This document shows, in pieces, positions 40,546-50,081 of a stretch of DNA of 64,000 nucleotides. Both the position numbers and the translations under genes were made by a program. Source of the stretch: Calditrichaceae bacterium (GTDB taxonomy: Bacteria > Calditrichota > Calditrichia > Calditrichales > JBFXGD01); the NCBI GenBank assembly GCA_050173015.1, contig JBFXLE010000019.1, positions 21,730-85,729 of the forward strand. The letters run 5' to 3'. Below the pieces are notes generated by a model. The model was not told the DNA's origin and made no database searches. It saw only the letters and a list, made by a program, of their open reading frames with translations. The number at the start of each line of letters is the position of its first letter. The stretch's first letter is position 1.

Positions 40546-41469
40546 TCATAAATTAAATCCGTTTCCTTTGTAAAAATTTTTAGCGAAATAATCGGATAAT
40601 CCCCTATGCCCCGCCAAATAAAAACTTCTGTTTGTGAACCGCCACCAGATGAGTTTTGCCAGAATCACCGTCAGAAAATAAATCGACGCGCTCCGGCGCG
40701 TTAACCCCTTCCAGGATAAAGATATCAATAGCAGCCTGTTCCTGACCGAATAATACAATTTAAACGGATTTTCGGTCTCATTTAAAACTTTATGATAAAT
40801 TTTTGAGTTTGGATTGAAAAGAAGCCGGAATCCTTTATTTTGCATTCTTGCCGAGTATTCGATATCGTCGAGATACATAAAGAAACGCTCATCCTGAGAA
40901 CCGGCTTCGTCTAGTTTTCCCGATCTAAACATGATCATACATCCCGTAATAAAGCTGACAGGATGTATCGATTTTAATTGAAGATCTTCGTAATTTTTCC
41001 CTTTGTGGTTGTGAACCGCGAGCCCTCTCCACGGAACCAATCTCCCCCCGGCATACCACACCGTCCGTCTGTCATGTTCGGCGAGAATCAGTCCGCCCGC
41101 CGCCGCGGCCTCGGGGAAAGTCTCCATCGAATTTACCAGTTCTGTCAGGAATGTCTTTTCAACAATCGTGTCATTATTGAGCAGCAGAATGTATTCGGGT
41201 TTTAGTGATCGCGCCTTTCTGATTCCAAAGTTTATTCCCCCGGTGTACCCCAGATTCTCACCCGTTGTAAAAATATCTGTTTCCGGGAATCGCTTTTTTA
41301 GTTTTACAACAGAATCATCCCGCGAATAATTATCAACCAATATTAAGTGATAGTTTTTATAATCATTATTAAGAATCGACTCCACACATTCGATGGTATC
41401 ATCCGCGCGCATGTAATTTAAGATAACAATAGCAACTTTTGGTATCATTTTGGTTTTAAGATCTTTCAT
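40546..41469 (-). CDS. Glycosyltransferase family 2
   Basis: IVILNY, VDNYS, NLGYTGGIN, LLNND, FFMYLDDIE; paralogue-like to the neighbouring GT2. Confidence 0.92.
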   Translation of the reverse strand: MKDLKTKMIPKVAIVILNYMRADDTIECVESILNNDYKNYHLILVDNYSRDDSVVKLKKRFPETDIFTTGENLGYTGGINFGIRKARSLKPEYILLLNNDTIVEKTFLTELVNSMETFPEAAAAGGLILAEHDRRTVWYAGGRLVPWRGLAVHNHKGKNYEDLQLKSIHPVSFITGCMIMFRSGKLDEAGSQDERFFMYLDDIEYSARMQNKGFRLLFNPNSKIYHKVLNETENPFKLYYSVRNRLLLISLSWKGLTRRSASIYFLTVILAKLIWWRFTNRSFYLAGHRGLSDYFAKNFYKGNGFNL

Positions 41470-41653
41470 CTTTTGGTTTCATTAAAGAAAACTTAGATGT
41501 TTTCTCTTTTTGATAGTACTTCAAATAATATTTTCATTTTTTACCATTTGCACTCATTTCATATCTATTCCTCATCATCAGCCTTAAAACACAATCAGAA
41601 AAACATTTTATAATTATATTCCGAGAGCTTAAAGTGTACCCATTGAGATAAAT

Positions 41654-43000
41654 TTAATCATCGGGTTTGAATACATAGAATGCCGCCACATTCGCGGCAG
41701 CCAAAAACCAAACAAACTCATTTAGGTAATATTGATAAAATATATTCGAGCCCAGAATACCAATATAAGCTGCAAAAATACCCACCATTAGAGATTTATT
41801 ATGTGGAGATATAATGGTTTTGATTCGAATATGTGATTTTAATATTATCGTACCTATAACTGAATAATTAGCAAGCGCTCCTATGATACCGCCCTCTGAA
41901 AAAAACGACAAGAATACACTATGGGCCATCATATTTTTATTTGTGATTCCCGTGTACCAAAGATGATTACTATGTGAGTAATTTATACGAAAATTATTTA
42001 ATCCGACACCCGTAAGCGGATTCTCAATGAACATTTCGACACCCTGTAAAGCTATTTGCAGGTGAAGCATTGTCGATTTTGTGCGAAGAGGATTTTTATT
42101 ATTCATGCCGAAAGATGTAAAAACCCCTATGATCAGATCTAAAAGGTCGGGTATGAGCAGGATGCCAAATATTGCAACAACCACAAAAGGTGTAAGAATT
42201 TTCAACCATAAAAACCTACCAAACAATTCTTTATGATAATAAAATAGAATTACCAAAAACAATAGGAAGAGACCAACCAGGGCAGAACGTGACATAGTCA
42301 AAAGAATCGTCATTAAAAAGATGATAATTATAACCCAAAATTTCAGTTTACCTCTCGCAATTTTTTCTTTATAAGAGTAGATCAATTTTGTTATTGCTAA
42401 TCCAAATGCGCTAACTATATACCCAGCAAAGGTATTTGTATCAAAAAATGTTCCTCTTATACGAATAAAAAAAGAGCTTATTTCCTCCATGGCCCAATCT
42501 TTCGATGACGGATCCTTGAGAGATTCGTTGTACGAAAAATAATCCAGAAAAGGAATGTTTGTGTCCCATCCCAGCAGAAATCCAATCTGCTGAAATACAC
42601 CGTACATAGAAATAATGAGCGCCATATAAATATAGGAATTTATTGCAAAATCCAGTGATTTCTCGGTGTTTAGCAACCAGTAGCTATAGTAAAAAAAGAA
42701 AATTATGAACATTTGCAAAAGAGCATCCTTAAAACTAAGCAGGACATCAATTGCGAACAATGTGATGATAAAATTTGCAATTAGTAAAAGTAAAATATTA
42801 AAACCAATATAGGTTTTAGGAATATTTAACTCTCCTTTTAGGAGCATCAACAAGACAGCGATGAAGAAACTGGCCAGAAAAAAAATGCGGACAAGTATTA
42901 TACTGAATCCTACATAGAAGGAAACTATTTGAAGTGGAAGAGCGAATATGATGAATCCAAGACTAATTTTTGTAAATTTGGTCATCTTTAATAATTCCAA
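41654..43000 (-). CDS. O-antigen ligase / Wzy polymerase family membrane protein
   Basis: About 11-12 TM helices; RIRGTFFDTNTFA, TMSRSA, NPLTGVG, AHSVFL..FSEGG; visibly AT-rich. Start TTG 43000 or ATG 42985. Confidence 0.85.
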   Translation of the reverse strand: MELLKMTKFTKISLGFIIFALPLQIVSFYVGFSIILVRIFFLASFFIAVLLMLLKGELNIPKTYIGFNILLLLIANFIITLFAIDVLLSFKDALLQMFIIFFFYYSYWLLNTEKSLDFAINSYIYMALIISMYGVFQQIGFLLGWDTNIPFLDYFSYNESLKDPSSKDWAMEEISSFFIRIRGTFFDTNTFAGYIVSAFGLAITKLIYSYKEKIARGKLKFWVIIIIFLMTILLTMSRSALVGLFLLFLVILFYYHKELFGRFLWLKILTPFVVVAIFGILLIPDLLDLIIGVFTSFGMNNKNPLRTKSTMLHLQIALQGVEMFIENPLTGVGLNNFRINYSHSNHLWYTGITNKNMMAHSVFLSFFSEGGIIGALANYSVIGTIILKSHIRIKTIISPHNKSLMVGIFAAYIGILGSNIFYQYYLNEFVWFLAAANVAAFYVFKPDD

Positions 43001-43099
43001 ATTTCATATTTATTTAAAAACAGTTTCACTTTCAGGAATAATGTTTTGCAAACCCGAATAAAACCAATGAAAAACAGAATTTTTGAAAGCCAAGAGAAC

Positions 43100-43635
43100 T
43101 CAATCATGCTTTTCCTTTAAATCCTGATTTTTGCCTAAGATATTTTTAATCTCCTTTACCACTCTTTTTGAATTATCCGTATCAACATAGGAGTTAAATA
43201 GTTCCAGAGTATGAATTCTTTGTTCTTTATAAACATCTTTACCCTTCATCAAATCAGATAAATTTTCCATGACTTCTTTCCAATTTTCGCACTGAGACCC
43301 CGGCACAAACCGTTCATAATCGTCATAAAACTCTCTGTCCTTTGCCAGGATCGTATCATTTCCGCGGAATATGAAAGGTTGCGCACCTCATCAAATACTT
43401 CCTTTTTTCTGGATAGCCAGACTGCTTTTATGGAAGGTTCGTTTTTATTGATATATTCAAAAACATAACGGCTGTTATCCGAGTATCGTTCCCCAAACCA
43501 GGCTCCGAATATCCAAAGATTTTTATTTCTGGGAACAAAAAACCCAAACCAGTAAGGAAAAAGCAATAACAGATAAACGGTTATTTTTTTACCAAAGAAA
43601 TATATTTGTTTAATGAGACTCACAATTGTTGTCAT
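43100..43635 (-). pseudogene. TagF/TagB-like CDP-glycerol glycerophosphotransferase with internal deletion and frameshift
   Basis: N-terminal ~97 aa (VPRNKNLWIFGAWFGERYSDNSRYVFEY...AVWLS) joins out of frame near 43345 to a family-typical C-terminus (KDREFYDDYERFVPG...FNSYVDTDNSKRV). The catalytic middle is absent. Confidence 0.8.
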
Positions 43636-43666
43636 CCAGCTTTTCCGAAATCATAGTAACAGAGAA

Positions 43667-45178
43667 TTAGCCGATCATTTCACCAAGATGCCTTACGATG
43701 AGCGCGGGAAATTTTTCATCCTTAAGCTCCTCCACATCTTCCCTTCGTGTCTCGCCGCTTAATACACAAACGAAATCACAACCGATATTATCAGCCAGTT
43801 TTTTATCAGTGTACAGCCGGTCTCCCACCAGCACCATCTCATCAGACTCATACTTCGCGCCGAGATGCTGAAGCAGTTCAGGATTCGGTTTTCCAAAGAT
43901 CAAATCCGGTTTTCTCCCCGTTGTCTGCTCAATTGTTAAAATGATGGTACCGATATCAGGGATGTTGCCTTTCTCTGTCGGGCAGACCATGTCACTATGC
44001 GTCGCGAGATAAATCAGGTTTTTATTATTCTGCAGCAATATAGAAGCTGTTCTTAACTTTTCATAAGTCAGCTCTGTGTCATAAGCCAGAACAACCGCCT
44101 GACAATCAGATGATCCGGCGTTAAGCTTAATCCCCGGGATCGCCTCCTTTAAATAGTTGGAAAAACCGGAATTAGCAACAAGATAGATATTATTTATCTC
44201 ATTTTTTTTAAGATGTTCAACAAGTGGAAATACCGGAGAAATGATCATACTCTGTTTAATATCCAGGTCAAAATTCTTTAATCTTTTCACGTACTCCGCC
44301 GGTACTTTTGACGTGTTATTTGTCATAAAATAGAAATCTTTTCCATCTGTCATGTGGTCACGGATAAAATTAATTGTACCGACGATTGGTTCTGTTCCTA
44401 GATACACTGTTCCGTCCAAATCAAAAATAAAACATTTCTTGCTTTTCAAATTGAACTCACTAAACAGGCGATCCGCGAGAGTCAGGTCATCCATGTTGTC
44501 AATTTCAACCCATTTTTCCCCTCTGATATCCAGCGGTTCAAAGTATTCTTCCCCTAACAAATTTTTTAGCGCCACCTCTGTCCACAAATTTCGCTTTTTC
44601 TGACTAAAAATATAATCTTCGATAATTTTGGTCAGTTTGCGGATCGCCGGAGAACCCAATTTGTAAAGATCAATGGAGACCCCATAAGCATCCTTGTCGG
44701 TAATTTCCTTGGAAATATTATCAATTTTTCCCTTTTGCAGGGTGATTTTCATAGATTCTTCATTATGAACGCCTTTTTCCGCGGCGATAAGATTTGGCCG
44801 ATGATCATCCATCAATTTTTTGATGACCGGTACCGAATAAACACAGTCACCATTACTGATAAATAAACCATTTTTATTATCAAATCCGATCTTTTCCAGG
44901 GAGAGATATAATGAGTACATGTTGTTAGTCGTTTGATAGTCCTGATTGACAACCACATTTACACCCTTGTAATTTTTGCTGATAAATTCGACAATAATTT
45001 CTGCTTTATAGCCAACCGCGATATATATTGCTTCCTTCTTCAACCCCGCCTTCAGATATGCGTCTATCTGGTGCGCGAGAATCTGTTTCCCGTTAACTCG
45101 CACCATGGATTTGGGTAGTTTTTCGGTCAGGGGCCGTAGCCGGCTTCCTGTTCCGGCCGCCAATATGATTGCTTTCAT
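43667..45178 (-). CDS. LicC-like cytidylyltransferase fused to a HAD subfamily IIA (NagD-like) phosphatase/phosphotransferase
   Basis: MKAIILAAGTGSRL...PK, TNNMYSL, WVEIDN..DL; second domain FDLDGT, TNNTS, GKP, VGDRLYTD, LSGET; ATG 45178 follows GGAGGAG. Confidence 0.88.
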   Translation of the reverse strand: MKAIILAAGTGSRLRPLTEKLPKSMVRVNGKQILAHQIDAYLKAGLKKEAIYIAVGYKAEIIVEFISKNYKGVNVVVNQDYQTTNNMYSLYLSLEKIGFDNKNGLFISNGDCVYSVPVIKKLMDDHRPNLIAAEKGVHNEESMKITLQKGKIDNISKEITDKDAYGVSIDLYKLGSPAIRKLTKIIEDYIFSQKKRNLWTEVALKNLLGEEYFEPLDIRGEKWVEIDNMDDLTLADRLFSEFNLKSKKCFIFDLDGTVYLGTEPIVGTINFIRDHMTDGKDFYFMTNNTSKVPAEYVKRLKNFDLDIKQSMIISPVFPLVEHLKKNEINNIYLVANSGFSNYLKEAIPGIKLNAGSSDCQAVVLAYDTELTYEKLRTASILLQNNKNLIYLATHSDMVCPTEKGNIPDIGTIILTIEQTTGRKPDLIFGKPNPELLQHLGAKYESDEMVLVGDRLYTDKKLADNIGCDFVCVLSGETRREDVEELKDEKFPALIVRHLGEMIG

Positions 45179-45493
45179 TCTCTCCTCCAGAATCCGCTTC
45201 AAATCAATTTCCGGTTTGATTAAAACCATGTTTCTTTTATTAATTCATTAAAGTATTAAATTTAGGGTTTTTTATGCTTCTTACCAAAATTTGAATGTAA
45301 AAAATTAAAATTGATTGAATAAGCTGTTAAATTTCGGAGAAAAACGGGGAATTTGTTTCACGGCGGTGAGAAGGAGTATAAAAAATGTAAGAAATTTTAT
45401 TAAATCCATTGATAAAGCGCGGTTTTCCCTTTTGTTGGATCCGCTATTACCTTTTTAACAGTTGAATAAAAAGAGCTGCTTTTAATCTTTCTC

Positions 45494-46765
45494 TCAATTT
45501 ATACGTGATTTTCTGCCAAAAAGATCTGATTTGGTTTCTTTGATCAGACTGGAAAAGTTGAGATAACGTTCAGGATCATTCAACTTTAAACGGCTCATAT
45601 ATTCATTCAAAAATGAAAAGAAGATTCCGGTGAATATCCCAAGTAAACCCGAAACTACTACTATCAACCAACGTATTGGTTTAAATTTCTTAACAGGCGG
45701 AACAGCTTTATCGATAATCTGAATGGAAGGAGTATTTTTTACTTCCTGCAGTTTGGCCTGTTCATATTGCTGAGTTACAAACTGATATATGATTTCCTGT
45801 ACTTCCGCTTCCCTCTTTAGTCTCAGATATTTAATTCCAAGCTCCGGGGCCTCAGAAAAAACCGGGAATATGGCCATCGAATCTCTTTTAGCCGTACCAA
45901 GCTTTAATTCCTTTATTTTTTTTCTGAGTTCGATCAGTTCAATATTTAATTTTTTGACAAAGGAATGATTGGGGTTAAGAGACTGCTTTAAGGCTTCCAT
46001 TTCAATCTCTTTGGATATAATTTCGCCCTCGAGTTCAGCCGCGGCGGTAATGGCGGCGGAAATTTGATCCGGAAGAGAAATCATTCCCGATGTTTGGCTG
46101 AAATCTTTCATCTGCTGTTCTAAGGTTTTTATATCCTGCTTGCTTTCATCGTATCGCTTTTCTATGAACAGACGAAAAGATTTTGCCTGAGACGTCTGTA
46201 ATTCCGTAAAGATTCGGTTTAATTCATCTACAATATAATTATTTATTTCGGCCGATAACTGACGGGCTTCTTCTTCATCCTTGTCAAAATGAAGATAGCC
46301 GGTTTCCACATCAAATGTTATCTCGATGGTTCCTTCTTCTTCCATGGAGAAATCCAGATGTTCCTTAAATGTCTTAATCGCCTGCTCCATGTTGTCATTA
46401 TCATACCGTTTCATTAAATCGAAATGAGTGATCGTATTTTCGGCAATGGTGCGGCTGTCAAGTATGGCAAGCAATGTATAGGATTCATCCGATGCTCCGC
46501 CAAAAAGCCCGCCAAAGCTGCTCAACAGCCCGCCGGAAGGCAAATTCATCGGGAACGCGGACATTAATCCGCCTTGGTCGGTGGATGGCATAATAACTGA
46601 CGAAGCGCGGTAAGTTTTCGGAATAATGAGGCTGATGAAAATAGCTGTCACACTAAATATGATAAAAGAATAAATTATAATTTTGCGCCACTTAAGCAGG
46701 ATTGTAAAATAATCCAGTAAATTGACTTCATCTTGTTTACGCTGCCGACTGTTCTCTGTCATCAT
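45494..46765 (-). CDS. Polysaccharide co-polymerase (Wzz / Wzc N-terminal type, no kinase domain)
   Basis: EVNLLDYF, TM1, long coiled coil, QIIDKAVPP..K.KP, TM2. Confidence 0.88.
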   Translation of the reverse strand: MMTENSRQRKQDEVNLLDYFTILLKWRKIIIYSFIIFSVTAIFISLIIPKTYRASSVIMPSTDQGGLMSAFPMNLPSGGLLSSFGGLFGGASDESYTLLAILDSRTIAENTITHFDLMKRYDNDNMEQAIKTFKEHLDFSMEEEGTIEITFDVETGYLHFDKDEEEARQLSAEINNYIVDELNRIFTELQTSQAKSFRLFIEKRYDESKQDIKTLEQQMKDFSQTSGMISLPDQISAAITAAAELEGEIISKEIEMEALKQSLNPNHSFVKKLNIELIELRKKIKELKLGTAKRDSMAIFPVFSEAPELGIKYLRLKREAEVQEIIYQFVTQQYEQAKLQEVKNTPSIQIIDKAVPPVKKFKPIRWLIVVVSGLLGIFTGIFFSFLNEYMSRLKLNDPERYLNFSSLIKETKSDLFGRKSRIN

Positions 46766-46812
46766 TCTATTCCGGATTTATATTAATGACCGGTTCTGTT
46801 ATCTAATTACAA

Positions 46813-48084
46813 TCACCTGGTTACTATCGCAATTGTGGATATAACGATGCTCAGTACAGGTATAATGATTGAAACGTAATCCCTTACCAGTTCCCTTCTC
46901 TTCCTTGGGACGATAATGGTATCGCCTTTTTCAATAATTGTGTCTCCGCCTTTGACGACTTCTTTTGTTCCGGCGCGTATTATAATCACATCATCGCTGT
47001 TCTTTGCTCTTTCAAGAACTCCTGCTTTTCCAATATAATCATTGGCCCGAAGATTTACGTTAAACACATAAGCGCCGGGGATTCGGACTTCACCCTGTAC
47101 ATATACTTCTCTGTTCAAATCCGGTATGTTTAGTATATCCTTGTTTTTGAGCAAAAACCCTTCGTACTCTTCGTATCCATTGAGCAGATTAATAATTTTA
47201 CTATCTCCTTCCCGCACCAGTGTAATGGTGGAAAGATCGATCTCCGCGGTAAACGCGGAAATTCTGCGCAGGAACATTGTTACGGTCTCATCATCCATGA
47301 GGCGATAAATCTTTCTTGTGCTTCTTTTCTCGGTGTATGATGATGTTTCGTCTATCTTGCTGCCGACGATTTTTTCAATCCGGCTTTCCACGATCACATA
47401 CGGATCCGACAGGTTGATAGCCGGTATATGGATCACATCACCGCCCCGCATAAAAAGGTTATGATCTTTATCGGCATCGCGGTAATACTTTGATATATTT
47501 AGTGTATCGATGGTACCATCCGTGTGACGAACTTCGACTGAAGTCTCATCGGCCCAGTCAGTTAAACCGCTCGCGATCTCGATCACATCCGATACGCGGT
47601 CAGATCCCTGGACAAAATAAGTTCCGGGTGTTTTTACCTCACCGGTCAGGTAAACTCTGAATTTTCTCAAACCGACAATGTTGATGGAGAAATCGGAATC
47701 ATTATAATACTTCCTGATCGCCGCGGAAATGGTTTCTCCGGCATTTTTCAAATTCATGCCGTTTATGTTAACGGCGCCGACCGTCGGAATCACAACATTT
47801 CCCTCAGGGAGTACAGAAAATCTGAGTTCTTCATTAATCTCACCAAAAAAATTCAGGCTAAACTCATCTCCGGGTCCCACAAGATAAAATTCCTCATCCA
47901 GTTCATCATCCAGTATCTGCGGTGAAACAGAACGCAAAATACTCCTGTTTTTATAAAACTTTTCAAGAGAAGTTTTATATTTTTGGCCTTCACGTTCAAC
48001 CACATCCGAATTGTCCTGGTTGAGGCTTACCTGCGACATAAGAGGGTTGATAAGAATAATCAGAAAACAGATAAGTTTTTTCAA
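46813..48084 (-). CDS. Polysaccharide export protein with SLBB domains (Wza/KpsD-like)
   Basis: Signal peptide, YLVGPGD, V.PEG.V.IP.VG, repeated V.V.GEV..PG.Y, GD.I.VP, C-terminal amphipathic helix; TTG start. Confidence 0.88.
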   Translation of the reverse strand: MKKLICFLIILINPLMSQVSLNQDNSDVVEREGQKYKTSLEKFYKNRSILRSVSPQILDDELDEEFYLVGPGDEFSLNFFGEINEELRFSVLPEGNVVIPTVGAVNINGMNLKNAGETISAAIRKYYNDSDFSINIVGLRKFRVYLTGEVKTPGTYFVQGSDRVSDVIEIASGLTDWADETSVEVRHTDGTIDTLNISKYYRDADKDHNLFMRGGDVIHIPAINLSDPYVIVESRIEKIVGSKIDETSSYTEKRSTRKIYRLMDDETVTMFLRRISAFTAEIDLSTITLVREGDSKIINLLNGYEEYEGFLLKNKDILNIPDLNREVYVQGEVRIPGAYVFNVNLRANDYIGKAGVLERAKNSDDVIIIRAGTKEVVKGGDTIIEKGDTIIVPRKRRELVRDYVSIIIPVLSIVISTIAIVTR

Positions 48085-48086
48085 TA

Positions 48087-49175
48087 TTATTCCCCGGTTA
48101 ATATTTTAACTATTCGTTCGGCGGCTTTCCCATCCCATAAATCAGGGATTCTTCCGTGTTTGCCATTTCCCGAGATCACTTTTTGCGCTTCTGCGATAAT
48201 CCGGTTGGTATCGTTCCCAACCATGACATTTGTTCCTACTTCTATTGTTACCGGGCGTTCGGTATTTTCACGCAGTGTGATGCACGGGGTTCCAAGATAA
48301 GTTGTTTCTTCCTGGATTCCTCCTGAATCCGTTAACACAAGCTTCGCGTTCTGCATCAGATTCATAAAGTCGAGATACCCCATTGGCTCCAGGATCATCA
48401 GGTTCTTCATTTGATCCACTTTTTTCTGCAATCCAAATGATGCAATCATTTTCCGTGATCGAGGATGAATCGGGAATACAATATTGATATCTTTTTCAAT
48501 GACCTCAAACGCGTGCAGTAAATTTAAGAAATGGTCTTTGTTGTCAACATTGCTCGGTCGGTGCAATGTCACAAGCGCAAAGTTCTTTTGATCCAAATTA
48601 AGTTCATTCATAATTTTTGACTGTCTTGCTTTTTCAAGAAAATAGACAAGAGAATCAATCATTACATTGCCGACAAAATGTACTTTTGAATCATTGATGC
48701 CTTCATTCTTTAAGTGCATAAGTCCGCTTTGCTCGGTTACAAACAAAAAATCTGAAATGGCATCTGTCAGAATGCGGTTAATTTCTTCAGGCATTGTTCG
48801 ATCAAAAGATCTGAGCCCGGCTTCCACATGCGCGACCCTCACCCCTAATTTTGCGGCGACTATGCTGCATGCCGCTGTCGAATTCACATCTCCTACAACA
48901 ACAACCAGGTCCGGTTTCTCCGCCAGAAGCACCTGTTCAAATTCCATCATTACCTTCGCGGTCTGCACAGCATGACTTCCGGAACCGACATTCAAATATA
49001 CATCCGGTTTAGGTAATTGCAAATCTTCAAAAAACAATTTTGACATGCGTTCATCATAATGCTGACCCGTGTGTACCAGCCTTGTTTCTATATTTTTATG
49101 CGCGGACATAACCCGTTGAATCGGGGCGATTTTCATGAAATTTGGTCGCGCGCCCACAACATTGATAATTTTCAT
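48087..49175 (-). CDS. wecB: UDP-N-acetylglucosamine 2-epimerase (non-hydrolysing)
   Basis: VGARPNFMK, HTGQHYD, HVEAGLRS, MPEEINR, TDSGGIQEE, TERP. Confidence 0.96.
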   Translation of the reverse strand: MKIINVVGARPNFMKIAPIQRVMSAHKNIETRLVHTGQHYDERMSKLFFEDLQLPKPDVYLNVGSGSHAVQTAKVMMEFEQVLLAEKPDLVVVVGDVNSTAACSIVAAKLGVRVAHVEAGLRSFDRTMPEEINRILTDAISDFLFVTEQSGLMHLKNEGINDSKVHFVGNVMIDSLVYFLEKARQSKIMNELNLDQKNFALVTLHRPSNVDNKDHFLNLLHAFEVIEKDINIVFPIHPRSRKMIASFGLQKKVDQMKNLMILEPMGYLDFMNLMQNAKLVLTDSGGIQEETTYLGTPCITLRENTERPVTIEVGTNVMVGNDTNRIIAEAQKVISGNGKHGRIPDLWDGKAAERIVKILTGE

Positions 49176-49204
49176 TAGCAGAATATACCTTTATCTATTG
49201 CTGA

Positions 49205-49990
49205 TTATTCTTCGTCTTTTAAATTTTCAGATTTTTTATCCGTAGAATCTTCAATCTTTTTCAGAACATTTTTCGCCGCCTGCTGCTCAGCCTTTTTTTT
49301 ACTTTTCCCGGTACCTTTTGCTGACCATTTATCATTAACTTTTACCTGAATAATAAAGCGCTTTTCATGATCCGGGCCTTCTTCAGCCAAAATTTGATAT
49401 TTTGGAAGTCCCAGGCCTTTGGCTTGAGCAAATTCCAATAAGGATGATTTATAATTAAAATACGTATTTGTTTTCAGAAATTCGTCTCGCTGATCAAGTA
49501 GCACACTGTACACAAATTTTTCCGCCGATTTTATCCCGGTGTCGAGATAAATGGCACCCAACACAGCTTCAAAAAGATTGGCAAGATTTGATAGCCTTCT
49601 TCTGCCTCCGGTTTTCTCTTCTCCCTTATTGATCAGAAGATATGCCCCTAGACCAAGCCTGTCCGTGAGATGCCCCAACACCTGACGCGAAACCAGAATA
49701 GATTTCTTTTGGGACAAAATTCCTTCACTCTGCCCTTTAAAGTTCTTGTATAAGTGGTCCGTGACAATCAGATCTAGAACGGCATCTCCTAAAAACTCGA
49801 GCCTTTCATTGGACTCTATATCATTTTGATTGGTTAAACTTAGGTATGATCTATGCCGTAAGGCTTTAAGAATTAAATTTTTATCCTGAAATGTATATTC
49901 AAGTATTTTTTCTAAATTTTTTAAATCTACCGGAAATTTCTCCTTCTCAGGAAGAGGGATTCCAATCCTTTGGATTATTTCTTTTATCAT
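49205..49990 (-). CDS. rnc: Ribonuclease III
   Basis: NERLEFLGDAVL signature; dsRNA-binding domain with GPDH and G.SKKKAEQ.AA. Confidence 0.97.
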   Translation of the reverse strand: MIKEIIQRIGIPLPEKEKFPVDLKNLEKILEYTFQDKNLILKALRHRSYLSLTNQNDIESNERLEFLGDAVLDLIVTDHLYKNFKGQSEGILSQKKSILVSRQVLGHLTDRLGLGAYLLINKGEEKTGGRRRLSNLANLFEAVLGAIYLDTGIKSAEKFVYSVLLDQRDEFLKTNTYFNYKSSLLEFAQAKGLGLPKYQILAEEGPDHEKRFIIQVKVNDKWSAKGTGKSKKKAEQQAAKNVLKKIEDSTDKKSENLKDEE

Positions 49991-50081
49991 ATTTTAATTT
50001 GCACATGTCAGTGTTATGATTACCGTTAACTCTCTGCATAATCCATCATTTATCGTAGAAACCAGTAAACCTCAGCATAAA

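Noticed and set aside
43100-43635. Programmed frameshift, or two independent small genes
   Set aside because: No slippery run at the junction, and a recoded product would still be ~180 aa without the catalytic core; deletion explains it better.
43667-45178. Phosphonate or phosphocholine (lic) pathway
   Set aside because: No PEP mutase, decarboxylase, choline kinase or LicD in the window; the adjacent transferase is TagF-like.
45361-45370. GGCGGTGAG as an ops/JUMPstart element in the polysaccharide locus
   Set aside because: It mismatches GGCGGTAG and lies on the strand opposite to the operon.
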